A stretch of DNA of 64,000 nt, taken from the NCBI GenBank assembly GCA_031423495.1, contig JANPFP010000212.1:9466-73465 (forward strand), read 5' to 3'. Positions 40,479-51,268 of the stretch are shown here, one piece after another. The position numbers and the translations under genes were made by a program. Origin of the DNA: Acidobacteriota bacterium (lineage in GTDB: Bacteria; Acidobacteriota; Blastocatellia; RBC074). Every line of letters starts with the position of its first letter. Positions within the stretch are counted from its first letter, which is position 1. Below the pieces are notes generated by a model. The model saw only the letters and a program-made list of their open reading frames with translations. It did no database searches and had not been told where the DNA came from.

Positions 40479-42307
40479 GTGAGCCGCTCCTGTTGAAAGT
40501 CATCCCATAAGGTCAAAGCGGGAATTCTTAGCAAGTGCTTGAGCGGAGTTTCATTGAATTCGCGGTCGACCTCGGCACGTAATTCCTTACGCAACCAATG
40601 CTTGAAGGGTAATTCAAATCCACGTTTGGGGCGATGCACTATCTCATGGGGTAAATCGGCGACGGCATTAACTAATAACCGCTTAGGTTCGTGGGCGCGC
40701 ACCTTTAAGTTACCCGGCACTTGCAACATAAACTCGACCAGCCGGTGGTCAATCAGCGGCACGCGCACCTCCAGACTGTGCGCCATGCTCATCGTGTCGG
40801 TGTCGCGTAATAATGTGTTGCTCAAATATCCGCCTAGCTCCAGCACAGAAGATTGATTGATGACATCGGCTGACAAGGCGGTTTGAACTTGCCGCTGCGA
40901 CCACATTTTCAGTACGCGATGATCGTGGCTGCGGGTATTGCCGTTATTTTCTAGCAACAGCGCTCGTTGCTGCTCATCGGTAAACAGGCGACGCTGTAAA
41001 TAGACTGAATGGTCTGCGAGATGCTCGCTGCGTAACAAAGAACTTAGTTTATGAGCGCGCGTTGAGCTTGCCAGCGTGCCGACCGCAGCGGCAGCGGCGT
41101 GGCGGGCTAGTCGCGGCAGACGCAGCAATTGATGACGCAGGCGTTCGCTTTGCGAAACCCTGTGAAAAAATTGGTAACCCGCAAATACCTCGTCGCCGCC
41201 TACCCCCGAAAGCGCGACTTTTAAGCCCGCAGCAGCGACAGCTTCGCTGACAATATAAGTATTGAAGCCATCCACGGCGGGCTGATCAAGTGCCGCCAGC
41301 GCGCGGGGTAACTTGGCGAGTAACTCAGATTCGGTGACGGTAACGAATTGATGCTCGGTGTTGAATTGACGCGCGATCTGTTGGGCGTAAGTGCCCTCAT
41401 TAAACTCATCGGCGGAAAAAGTAACAGAAAAGCTTTTAATCGTGCTGTTGGTGGAGCGCCTCATTAGTGATACGAGGGCGCTTGAATCAATGCCGCCGCT
41501 CAGAAATACGCCGACCGGTACGTCTGAAACTAAACGTAATTTAACCGCTTCGCTTAGCAAGGCCGACAGTTCTTCGGTGATGGCGGCTTCATTCGCAACA
41601 GAAGAGTTCGCCTTGGCGGATAGTTCCCAATAAGGTTCTGTATGAACTTGCCCGCCCGTAAAAGTCAACGAGTGGCCGGGTAACAAGGCAAACACATTTT
41701 CAATAATCGTGAGCGGCTGCTGCACTGAGCCGTATGACAAATAACTTTCGAGCGCGGTGTGAGAAAGGCGGCGCGGAACCAGTCCAGTAGCTAACAACGC
41801 ACGCACTTCAGAGGCAAAGAGGAAATGCTCGCCATCATAAAAATAATAAAGCGGCTTGATGCCTAAACGGTCGCGCAACAACGTCAGGCGGCGTTCACCA
41901 GGCTGCCAAAAACCGAGCGCAAACATACCTCGCCAATCAGTAACAGCGGCTAAACCTCGCTCGCTGAGTCCCTGCATAATAACTTCAGTGTCACTGTTAG
42001 AACGGAAATGATGACCGCGCGCCGCAAGCGCGGCTCGCACTTCGTGAAAGTTAAAGACTTCGCCGTTGTAAGTAATCCAGTTGCCGGTGGCATCGTGCCG
42101 CATCGGCTGATGTCCTGCGGTAGAAAGGTCAAGAATTGCCAGACGGCGTTGACCGAAGGCGACGGTGAGCGGATCGTCAGGTGCCGTCAGAAACTCGACG
42201 CCATCGTCATCAGGGCCGCGATGCCGGAGCGCGTCAGTGCCTTTTTGCAAGGCGTGACTGATGCATTCGCGCCGCTGGTTAGTTACGATTCCGATAATTC
42301 CGCACAT
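40418..42307 (-). CDS. asparagine synthetase (glutamine-hydrolysing) family amidotransferase, copy 2 (EPS-locus/exosortase-associated type)
   Basis: MCGIIGIVT… nucleophile, SGGIDSS PP-loop; start set at MCGIIG (ORF track 42349). Confidence 0.85.
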   Translation of the reverse strand: MCGIIGIVTNQRRECISHALQKGTDALRHRGPDDDGVEFLTAPDDPLTVAFGQRRLAILDLSTAGHQPMRHDATGNWITYNGEVFNFHEVRAALAARGHHFRSNSDTEVIMQGLSERGLAAVTDWRGMFALGFWQPGERRLTLLRDRLGIKPLYYFYDGEHFLFASEVRALLATGLVPRRLSHTALESYLSYGSVQQPLTIIENVFALLPGHSLTFTGGQVHTEPYWELSAKANSSVANEAAITEELSALLSEAVKLRLVSDVPVGVFLSGGIDSSALVSLMRRSTNSTIKSFSVTFSADEFNEGTYAQQIARQFNTEHQFVTVTESELLAKLPRALAALDQPAVDGFNTYIVSEAVAAAGLKVALSGVGGDEVFAGYQFFHRVSQSERLRHQLLRLPRLARHAAAAAVGTLASSTRAHKLSSLLRSEHLADHSVYLQRRLFTDEQQRALLLENNGNTRSHDHRVLKMWSQRQVQTALSADVINQSSVLELGGYLSNTLLRDTDTMSMAHSLEVRVPLIDHRLVEFMLQVPGNLKVRAHEPKRLLVNAVADLPHEIVHRPKRGFELPFKHWLRKELRAEVDREFNETPLKHLLRIPALTLWDDFQQERLTWSRVWSLYVLSRWAGLNLA

Positions 42308-42544
42308 AGCTCGGCAGTTGACGGAACAGAAAGACACTTCTGCCGTCAAGCAACCATAAAGGAAACCTCGTGTCGAGGCAGCGATAATTTGTGAGGGGCG
42401 AGTGAGTTAAACCTAGTCACACCACGAGACAGACAAATGCGCCGTTTGAAACTGCAACAGATTGCAGATGCCTGCCGTCACAAGGTTGTGGGTGGGTAAA
42501 CGCAAGGCCAGTTTAAGGGGGTTAAGCTAACTGGTTGTCAGGAA

Positions 42545-44869
42545 TTAATCTGCACCGACGGCACTGTCTCTCTCGTTATCACCGCCGCTATAATAGTAAC
42601 GGCTGTAATAACTCGAATAATAATAATAATCGTGTGGTTGTAATTTAATCTGATTGATTACTACGCCCAGAATTTTTGCGCCGACCGATTGCAGGTGAGC
42701 TTTGGTACGTTGTGCCATTTCGCGCGGAGTAAAGCCGCTGCGCACGACGATAATGACGCCTTCGACCAGCGAAGATAAAATCAAGCTATCGGCGAACGAA
42801 GAAACCGGCGGCGAATCAATGATGACATAATCAAAATTCTCAGCCAGCGTTTCTACAACAATTTTCATCTTGCTCGAACCCAATAACTCAGCCGGATTGG
42901 GCGGCAGAGGGCCGACGGGCAAAACATAAAGGTTCGGCATGGCGATTTGAATCAACGAGGCCAAATCGCAATCGCCCGCCAGATAGTTACAAAGCCCTAC
43001 GTTATTTTTGAGGTTGAAAATTTTGTGTACGCGCGGGCGACGCAAATCGGCGTCTACGATCAGCACCGAAGCACCGGTCTGCGCCAACGAAATAGCGGTG
43101 TTCACGCTGGTGGTGGTTTTGCCTTCCGCCGGTTGGCTGCTGGTAACTAACAAAGTGCGCGGCGCGTGTCCGGCGGAGGAAAGTAACAAAGACGTGCGCA
43201 ACTGGCGATAGCTTTCGGCAATCGAAGAGTTGGTTTCGACTTGCGTGAGAATTACGCTGCCGTTGCTGTTGCCGTTATTGATGTGAACGAGTTCCTGGCT
43301 TTCGCTTTCTTCGCCGCTGGTGAGCGCCTTGCGAGCTTTAGGTTGTTCAAAAACCGGGATGACACCCAGCGCAGGTAAGCGCAGGTAACGGTCAATGTCT
43401 TCAACCGAATCAATTTTGTTATTGATGTAATCGAGAAATAACACCAATGCGACGCCGCCTAATAAACTCAACAACAAACTCAACAAGATATTTTGCGCCC
43501 GGTTGGGCGCAACCGCTGAACGTGGCAAGGGCGAGTTGCTACGGACAAAGATATTCGTCGTAATTAAGCCTGCCGCCGAGACTTCGACTTCAGATTGGCT
43601 TTCTTGCAATTTGTTCAGCATGTTGCGGTTGGTATCAACTTCCTGTTGCAACATTTTGGCGATGATGGAATCTTCGCTTTGGGTTAGTGTATCTTTTTCC
43701 TGTTGTCTGAAAGCCGCCCGCAAACTGTTTTCTTTTTGCACCGTTGACTGATAAAGATTCGCAATCGTACTCAGAATTCTTTCTTGGGCTGCTCGTTTCT
43801 CGCCTTCGATTTGTGCGATCTGTTGATTGACGGTTTTTACCGCCGGCCATTCATCAGTGTAATCCACCATCAACTTTTCGCGGCTTTGCCGAAGCTCGGT
43901 GAGTCGGCGCGTGAGGTCTTGCACCAACTGATCTTTTTGAATCTCAGGAATAATCGTCGGGTCTTTAACGCTTTTACTTAACTCATAACCAGTTTGCGCT
44001 GCTTTCCGATCCTGCTCGGCATTAAGCAGCATGTTATTCAACGCACTCAGGCGTGATTGCACTACGTTTTCTTTGTCAGTACCGAAAGGCACGAATTTAT
44101 GCGTGCGCGTATAGTTCAAAAGCTTCTCTTCGGCGTTGCGCAACTTGAGCTTGTAATCGGCAATGCTCGTACTAAGAAAGTCAGCTGACTTACGGTTAGC
44201 CCGCTGTTGGTCGAGTATGTCATTTTCGACAAAAACCTCACCCCATTTATCCGCAACTTTGCGCGCCATGTCAGGGTCGGTGTGTTTGTAACGAATATCT
44301 ACCAAATGCGTATCGCGCACTTGCACAAATTTCACACCACCGAGCAAGCCATCCATATAAGGCTGCAATCGCTCCATCTCGGCACGTTCGTTGGCGTCGT
44401 CTTCGCTAACTGCCAGCTTGCCCAGCGGACGCGCGCTTTGTTTGCCCGGCATAAACTCACTGCTGCGGTCGAGTTGCAACGACTTGGCTACGCGATAGGC
44501 GACTTTCGGGCTTTCAAGAATTTTGAGTTGGGTGGCGAGATAAGCCGGGTCTTCGGCTCCGCCGAGATTAAGCTGAACGTCTTTGAGGTTTACGACACGG
44601 TCTTTGCCAGCGATTTCGATGCGCGTTACGCCTTCATAAATCGAAGGCAGCCGTAAGTTATAAATCGTCGTCAGCGTCACGGTCAGCACCATCACCGTCA
44701 GCGGAACCCACAGGCGACGACGAATAACACGCCAATAATCGCGCAAATGAGTGTCTTCGGTTTCGTGAACGCCGCCGCGTCCGTAGCCATAATCGCGCCG
44801 CAATAAATCTAATTGGGCGGCGGCATCGTCAGCGGTAATTAACTTGTTGTTACGTTCTTCTGGTTGCAT
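42545..44869 (-). CDS. polysaccharide co-polymerase/tyrosine autokinase (Wzc/GumC/EpsG family)
   Basis: N-terminal Wzz-type TM + coiled-coil periplasmic domain, C-terminal Walker A (SSQPAEGKTTTSVN) ATPase, tyrosine-rich tail YYYYSSYYSRYYYSGG. Confidence 0.85.
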   Translation of the reverse strand: MQPEERNNKLITADDAAAQLDLLRRDYGYGRGGVHETEDTHLRDYWRVIRRRLWVPLTVMVLTVTLTTIYNLRLPSIYEGVTRIEIAGKDRVVNLKDVQLNLGGAEDPAYLATQLKILESPKVAYRVAKSLQLDRSSEFMPGKQSARPLGKLAVSEDDANERAEMERLQPYMDGLLGGVKFVQVRDTHLVDIRYKHTDPDMARKVADKWGEVFVENDILDQQRANRKSADFLSTSIADYKLKLRNAEEKLLNYTRTHKFVPFGTDKENVVQSRLSALNNMLLNAEQDRKAAQTGYELSKSVKDPTIIPEIQKDQLVQDLTRRLTELRQSREKLMVDYTDEWPAVKTVNQQIAQIEGEKRAAQERILSTIANLYQSTVQKENSLRAAFRQQEKDTLTQSEDSIIAKMLQQEVDTNRNMLNKLQESQSEVEVSAAGLITTNIFVRSNSPLPRSAVAPNRAQNILLSLLLSLLGGVALVLFLDYINNKIDSVEDIDRYLRLPALGVIPVFEQPKARKALTSGEESESQELVHINNGNSNGSVILTQVETNSSIAESYRQLRTSLLLSSAGHAPRTLLVTSSQPAEGKTTTSVNTAISLAQTGASVLIVDADLRRPRVHKIFNLKNNVGLCNYLAGDCDLASLIQIAMPNLYVLPVGPLPPNPAELLGSSKMKIVVETLAENFDYVIIDSPPVSSFADSLILSSLVEGVIIVVRSGFTPREMAQRTKAHLQSVGAKILGVVINQIKLQPHDYYYYSSYYSRYYYSGGDNERDSAVGAD

Positions 44870-44893
44870 GGAATTTCGTCAGGCTCAGGTAAC

Positions 44894-45961
44894 TTAATAA
44901 GGTCGAATAACCCGCAGCGGCAGTTGTCCGGCAGTCGGCGCGATTAATCCTAACAAACTGCGTCCAATGCCTTTCATTGCTGAAGACGGCACTTCGATAA
45001 CATCACTAGCTCGCAAAATTAAATCTTCTGCTTTCTTTTTTTCGATAGCGTCAAAATCAATCGTGAGAGTCTCGCGCTGGGTCGAACCGGCAATTTGGCG
45101 GCTCACCTTAATTTTATTTTTCGCTACGTCGGTGAAAAAGCCGCCCGCCATGCCAATCGCTTCTGACAAGCGCAACGCCTGTTTCATCGGAATCGCGCCG
45201 GGACGCATTATGCCGCCAATGAGAAACACCTGATCGGCGTCAGGTACGCTAACGGTATCGCCCGGTTCAACGTAGATATTCGTCTCAGGCGTACCCAGCA
45301 AGACATCGCGCAAATTCAGCGTAATCAACTGCCCGGCAAACACCTCATCTGTGGCTTTCGCGCCGTCCACTGCTTTATCCACTGCTTTATCCACTGCTTT
45401 ATCAGAGGGCGGCACAGGGGCAGCCGGTGTGCGGCAATAGTTATATTCCTGACTGCGGATGAGATTGATGGTCGTACCGGAACTAGCGTTCGCGCCGCCT
45501 GCGCGACTTAGCAACTCAAGCAACCGAATGCGGCGTTGCAACTTAAACTGTCCAGGTTGCATAACGGCTCCGATCACAGCGACTGGTTGGCTTTGAAAAT
45601 CCTTGACGAAAACGTCAACCATCGGCGTACGCAGATACTTGCTGTACTTTTCTTCAAGCATGCGTGCCACCTGCAATTCGGTCATACAGGCGACGGCTAA
45701 ATCTTCTTTGATAAATACGGGACGGATGCGCCCCTGATTATCTACGCGAAAGTCTTTGCTCATTTCCGGCTGACCGAACACGCGAATTTCGAGCGTGTCG
45801 CCGGGGCCGATGCGATAAAGCATGTCTTCAGCCACTGGACGCCGAGCCACAGTGGCAGGTGTCGCAGACGCAGCAGAAGCAGAGGCGGGCGCTTGCCCGA
45901 AGCTGGGATAAGCTACGATTCCGCTTAACAAGATGGCGCTAAAAAAGTTTTTGACTGACAT
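44894..45961 (-). CDS. polysaccharide export outer-membrane protein (Wza-like; Poly_export + SLBB)
   Basis: …GPGDTLEIRVFGQPEMSKDFRVDNQGRIRPVF… Poly_export motif; start set at ATG 45961 (MSVKNFFSAILLSG… signal peptide). Contains DKAV x3 tandem repeat. Confidence 0.8.
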   Translation of the reverse strand: MSVKNFFSAILLSGIVAYPSFGQAPASASAASATPATVARRPVAEDMLYRIGPGDTLEIRVFGQPEMSKDFRVDNQGRIRPVFIKEDLAVACMTELQVARMLEEKYSKYLRTPMVDVFVKDFQSQPVAVIGAVMQPGQFKLQRRIRLLELLSRAGGANASSGTTINLIRSQEYNYCRTPAAPVPPSDKAVDKAVDKAVDGAKATDEVFAGQLITLNLRDVLLGTPETNIYVEPGDTVSVPDADQVFLIGGIMRPGAIPMKQALRLSEAIGMAGGFFTDVAKNKIKVSRQIAGSTQRETLTIDFDAIEKKKAEDLILRASDVIEVPSSAMKGIGRSLLGLIAPTAGQLPLRVIRPY

Positions 45962-46110
45962 AAGGCAATACCTCAACACGTAAAAAGGACAAGACAACAT
46001 CTCGCCCTGTTTTCACTAAATAACAGCGACGACCAAGTTCGCACAAAAGATTGCAAAGACTGCGTTGGGGGGAAAGTGCAAAACAGGCTCGCCTGAATCA
46101 TCAAATTGCT

Positions 46111-46132
46111 ATCAAATTGCTCAGAGGATTCC
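46111..46132. promoter_or_regulatory. adjacent 11-bp direct repeat (AGCAATTTGAT x2 on minus strand) ~150 bp upstream of the Wza start; candidate regulator site for the EPS operon
   Basis: catcaaattgctatcaaattgctcag read directly. Confidence 0.3.
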
Positions 46133-46231
46133 GCCAGGGATTCTGCAAGCTGGCTCGTTCAAAGTGGTCGTAGTATCGCCAACGAGTTCAATAGTGTCAA
46201 TAAGTTGGCCTTTGCGAGTGAAAGCATCACG

Positions 46232-47266
<1,035 letters not shown>

Positions 47267-47715
47267 AAGCAGGCTCCTTTGGGTGACGCGCGATTATCGC
47301 CGCACCGCCTCACATCTGCCAATGCCTGCGACGAGCAGAAGTATAAAGCTCAGAAAAATAACTCATAGCTTAGAATTAAATTGACGAAATCGCCGCAAGC
47401 GTGTTACTTACTAATTATCTCGAAAGCAGTTTTTGATTTTCCACTTTTTCGGATGAGTTCATTTTTCTGAATTTCCCCGAATTCTTTCAACGAGTAACTT
47501 CCATGCATAAGCATAACGTAAACAATCTGGAATTCGCCGCAGGCACGAAACCCGCTGCGAGTCCGTTTGCGTTGGTGCCGCTCACTACGTGGCGCTCGCT
47601 TATGCCGCAAACGGTAATTAACCGCCGCGACGTATCGCGTTACGGCGCTTACCGGTGCAAGTTGCTACCGCTTCTGAAAGAAAACAGCTAACCGCTAATT
47701 TCAACCAGATTTCAG

Positions 47716-47768
47716 CAACCCTGACCGGTACTTAAACAGATCGGTCAGGGTTTTTGCTTTTTGGGCGA
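47716..47768 (+). terminator. rho-independent terminator (plus strand) in the MFS-transporter leader region
   Basis: aaccctgaccg…cggtcagggtt 11-bp stem followed by tttttgctttttg. Confidence 0.6.
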
Positions 47769-48020
47769 CAGCATTTTGCGGTTTGCGTCTTCAGCCCAAA
47801 GCCACGGCGTGCCAGCCGTAACGGCACGCCGTATCCACTATTAGCAGTGGCAAAGACGGTGAAGCCAAAGTATTCGCGGCCCGGGCGCGGCACAAGTTGC
47901 ACGCATTCGTCCCCGTTAGTAGCTGGTGAGAGTCCAGCCACCGTCTTCGAGTTATCTTGCGCGGTCAGTGAGTAACTTAGCGTTACCGATGATTTCGGCG
48001 ACGTTCAGGTTACGTGTAGC

Positions 48021-49340
48021 TTGAGTAACAAGCGATTAACAAAAAAAGTAATTATGCAATCCGTCAGTTATTCTGAGTTATTACGAAAAAATGCGCCGTT
48101 TCGCCGCCTGTGGTTTGGGCAGGTAATTAGCGAACTCGGCACTTGGTTCTCTGCCATTGCCGAGTTGGGCTTGGTGCGTATGTTATCCGGCTCGACGGCG
48201 ATGACGGCGGCGGTGTTAGTCGCGCGTACCTTGCCTTTTCTGCTGGTTTCGCCGTTGGCAGGCGTGGCCGTAGATCGCGGTCATCGCAAACAGATTCTCA
48301 TCGCGGCAGATTTGTTGCGTGCCGTTGTGGCGTTGGGCTTTCTCACGACTAATTGGGGAGCGCCCGCGTGGGTCGTCGTCGTTTGCACGGCGTTGATGTC
48401 GTCTATCGGCACATTTTTCGAAGCCGCCAAAAACGCCGCGATTGCGAATCTAGCGAATAAGCAAGAGCTGTTGACGGCGAACGTGTTGATGTTCGGTACG
48501 CGCTTTTTGCAACTCACGCTGGGTGCGGCCTTGGGCGGCATCACGGCGGCGAAGTTCGGTTATAACGCAGCCTTTCTCATCAACGCGCTTTCGTTCGTGG
48601 CATCGGCTTATTTCATCTGGCGTATTCCGACCGAGTTGATGTCACAGAGCGAGGCCGACGCAGCGCGTCCCGCCAGCCAGTTCTGGCAACAGGTGCGCGA
48701 AGGTTGGGCTTACATCAGAGCGACGCCTTTCGTACGTAATGTGATGCTGGTGAACATAGCGTGGGCGATGGGCGGCGGCATGAACAACTTGCTGTTAGAC
48801 CGCTTGGCGGGCAGCGAATTCGCCAGCAACGGTGCAGACGTAGCGTTGGCCTCTTTGTGGACAGCCGCAGGCGCGGGCTTATTCATCGGCATGATGTTCG
48901 CGCGACGGGCAGGCGCGTGGGCTTCAGAAGAACGCCGTGCGGGTTTGCTGGTCGGCTGGGCGTTGCTCATTCACGGCGTCGCGTGGGCGGCAAGCGGCTG
49001 GATGCCTTCACTGTGGAGCATGGCAGCAGCGATTATGTTGAGCCGTTTGATACTCGGCGCAGAGTTCGGCGTGCAGGAAACGCTCGTGATGCGCGTCATT
49101 CCCGACGATTATCGCGGGCGTGTATTCACGACCGACCGCGCGCTCGAACTCACGATGATGACGGTTTCGATGGTCGCGGCGAGTTGGTTGTTACAGTGGT
49201 TCACGCCGCGTCAGATGATGGTGGCTTCGGGCTTGTTGTCGGCGAGTCCGGGCTTGGTGTGGTTACTGGCGTTGTGGTTCAAACGATTCAGCGTGCCATC
49301 GCTGGCGGTGCGCGAACCGCAAACTGTCACGTGCGAATAA
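48021..49340 (+). CDS. MFS transporter
   Basis: 439 aa, 12 predicted TM segments; start TTG 48021 or ATG 48054 uncertain. Confidence 0.75.
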   Translation: MSNKRLTKKVIMQSVSYSELLRKNAPFRRLWFGQVISELGTWFSAIAELGLVRMLSGSTAMTAAVLVARTLPFLLVSPLAGVAVDRGHRKQILIAADLLRAVVALGFLTTNWGAPAWVVVVCTALMSSIGTFFEAAKNAAIANLANKQELLTANVLMFGTRFLQLTLGAALGGITAAKFGYNAAFLINALSFVASAYFIWRIPTELMSQSEADAARPASQFWQQVREGWAYIRATPFVRNVMLVNIAWAMGGGMNNLLLDRLAGSEFASNGADVALASLWTAAGAGLFIGMMFARRAGAWASEERRAGLLVGWALLIHGVAWAASGWMPSLWSMAAAIMLSRLILGAEFGVQETLVMRVIPDDYRGRVFTTDRALELTMMTVSMVAASWLLQWFTPRQMMVASGLLSASPGLVWLLALWFKRFSVPSLAVREPQTVTCE

Positions 49341-49405
49341 ACGCGACGAGCCGCCGGAAGTTTTCACTTCTAGCGGCTCGTTGTACGAGTGACTGGCAAA
49401 AAAAT

Positions 49406-50188
49406 TCAGAGTTCTTCGAGGCGCAGGTTCACGCGGTAAATCATATCTACGATCAGCACGGCGATGGGCGGATAAAACAGGATGGGAAACAGTGCGTCGC
49501 TCGCTTCGGGGCCAAAGAGTTCCGTAGAAAAATTCGTCAGCGCATCAAGCAACAGGCCCGAGCCGAGCGACAGCAGATAACCGCCAATGACGAAAGCCCA
49601 GGCAATGCCGCGTTTGAATTTAGGATCATCTTTGCGCTTACGCGCGCGGCGCGGCGCGGGATAGGTGTAATGGTCGAAATGTTCTTTCAGACTCTTGAGC
49701 AAATGCCACATGCCCAACAGAAACAGCGCAATTAGCACAGCGCGCCAAGCCAGTCCGGCGCTTTCAAACAGATTCGGCTTCGTCATCGCCATCACGAAAG
49801 TCGAAAGAAACAACGTCACAATCGTATAAACCGCTTTGCCGCGCGCTTTGGTTTCGGTGCGTTCGCGGTCGAGCCATTCGTTGACGACACGGTCGGCGCG
49901 CGCCTGGTAATAAGCCCTTCGCGCGACACGCAAGGATTCAGCGCTGGTCTGCCGGTTCTGGCTGATGAGATTGACGCCGTCGAGCGTACCCGTTTGATCG
50001 TACCAATCCCGCCGCGCCGGATCGCTCAAGATATGATAAGCCTCGTTCACGCGCGCGAAGCGTTCCCCTGACGTAGGTTCAGGGTTCACGTCAGGGTGAT
50101 ACTGCCGCGCCAAACGGCGGTAAGCAGATTTGATTTCGCTGGTATCGGCTCCTCGGTTAATGCCGAGTTCCGCGTAAAGGTCTGACAC
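49406..50188 (-). CDS. J-domain (DnaJ-like) membrane protein
   Basis: N-terminal J domain with HPD (YRRLARQYHPDVNPE) followed by TM segments. Confidence 0.75.
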   Translation of the reverse strand: MSDLYAELGINRGADTSEIKSAYRRLARQYHPDVNPEPTSGERFARVNEAYHILSDPARRDWYDQTGTLDGVNLISQNRQTSAESLRVARRAYYQARADRVVNEWLDRERTETKARGKAVYTIVTLFLSTFVMAMTKPNLFESAGLAWRAVLIALFLLGMWHLLKSLKEHFDHYTYPAPRRARKRKDDPKFKRGIAWAFVIGGYLLSLGSGLLLDALTNFSTELFGPEASDALFPILFYPPIAVLIVDMIYRVNLRLEEL

Positions 50189-50376
50189 GGCTTATATGAT
50201 GCTATTTGGTTATTGGTTAAACGAGACGGGGCAAACTTTTGAGAACGAAACGAATGCATTTTACGCAGCGACTCGTGAGATTCAAAACCAGAAGTTGTCA
50301 GCCACGAATTAACACATATTTTCACGAAGCAAGGGCAAAAGCTTTTCGTGTAAATTTGTGGCTAACCGTTCTTCAC

Positions 50377-51153
50377 TCAGCGCACGAGGCCGCTTAACGG
50401 ACTGCTCGCGCTCGCATACAAACGTTGCGGCATGCGTCCGGCGAAGTAAGCGGAACGTCCGGCTTCGACGGCTTTCCGCATCGCTTCGGCCATCTCGCCC
50501 GGATGCTCGGCTTCGGCAATTGCCGTATTCATCAGCAAGCCGTCAATGCCCAACTCCATCGCAAAGCAGGCGTCTGACGCAGTGCCTACGCCCGCGTCAA
50601 CGATGATGGGTACGGCCGTGATCTGTTCGCGCATGATGCGCAGGTTGTTCGGATTCTGAATGCCCAAGCCCGAACCAATCGGCGCGGCCAGCGGCATTAC
50701 GGCGGAGGCTCCGGCATCAATCAGCTTTTTCGCCATAATCAAATCGTCGCCGAAATAAGGCAGCACGGTGAAGCCTTCTTTCACTAAAACCTTGGTCGCC
50801 TCAAGCGTAGCTTCGTTGTCAGGAAACAACGTCTTTTGATCGCCGATGACTTCGACTTTGACCCAGTCAGACAAACCGACTTCGCGCGCCAGCCGCGCCG
50901 TGCGAATCGCTTCATCAGCCGTGTAACAACCCGCCGTATTCGGCAATAGCGCGAAACGTTTCAGATCAATAAAGTCCAACAACGACGGTTGCGAACGGTC
51001 AGTGATGTTTACGCGCCGCACCGCGACCGTAATCATGTCAGCGCCACTGCGGTCAAAGGCTTCGACCATCAGTTCGTTGGTTTTGTATTTGCCCGTGCCG
51101 ATAATCAGCCGCGACTTGAATTCTTTTCCTGCGATGACGAATTTGGTGTCCAT
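50377..51153 (-). CDS. thiG: thiazole synthase
   Basis: Full-length match to ThiG family (…[20 protein letters not shown]…, 258 aa). Confidence 0.9.
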   Translation of the reverse strand: MDTKFVIAGKEFKSRLIIGTGKYKTNELMVEAFDRSGADMITVAVRRVNITDRSQPSLLDFIDLKRFALLPNTAGCYTADEAIRTARLAREVGLSDWVKVEVIGDQKTLFPDNEATLEATKVLVKEGFTVLPYFGDDLIMAKKLIDAGASAVMPLAAPIGSGLGIQNPNNLRIMREQITAVPIIVDAGVGTASDACFAMELGIDGLLMNTAIAEAEHPGEMAEAMRKAVEAGRSAYFAGRMPQRLYASASSPLSGLVR

Positions 51154-51163
51154 AGTCTGCTGT

Positions 51164-51257
51164 ATGGCAACCTGTCAGGTTGCCATGTCTTGAAAGTTCT
51201 TACCTTTATTCAAACGGCTCGCACTGCCAAAGCCATGGCAACCTGTCAGGTTGCCAT
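51164..51257. repeat. pair of 23-bp palindromes ATGGCAACCTGTCAGGTTGCCAT (51164-51186, 51235-51257) between thiG start and the upstream gene
   Basis: Perfect dyads; same core as the 1019-1098 pair. Confidence 0.7.
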
Positions 51258-51268
51258 ACAAATTGAGA

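Noticed and set aside
48761-49735. 324-aa plus-strand ORF overlapping the MFS transporter and DnaJ gene
   Set aside because: Alternative frame of GC-rich coding DNA; Arg/Gly-rich, no domain; true genes explain the region.
51154-51268. TPP riboswitch (thi-box) upstream of thiG
   Set aside because: On the thiG (minus) strand no CTGAGA…ACCTGATCTGGATAATGCCAGCG core is present; the ACCTGA match is part of the palindrome repeat.
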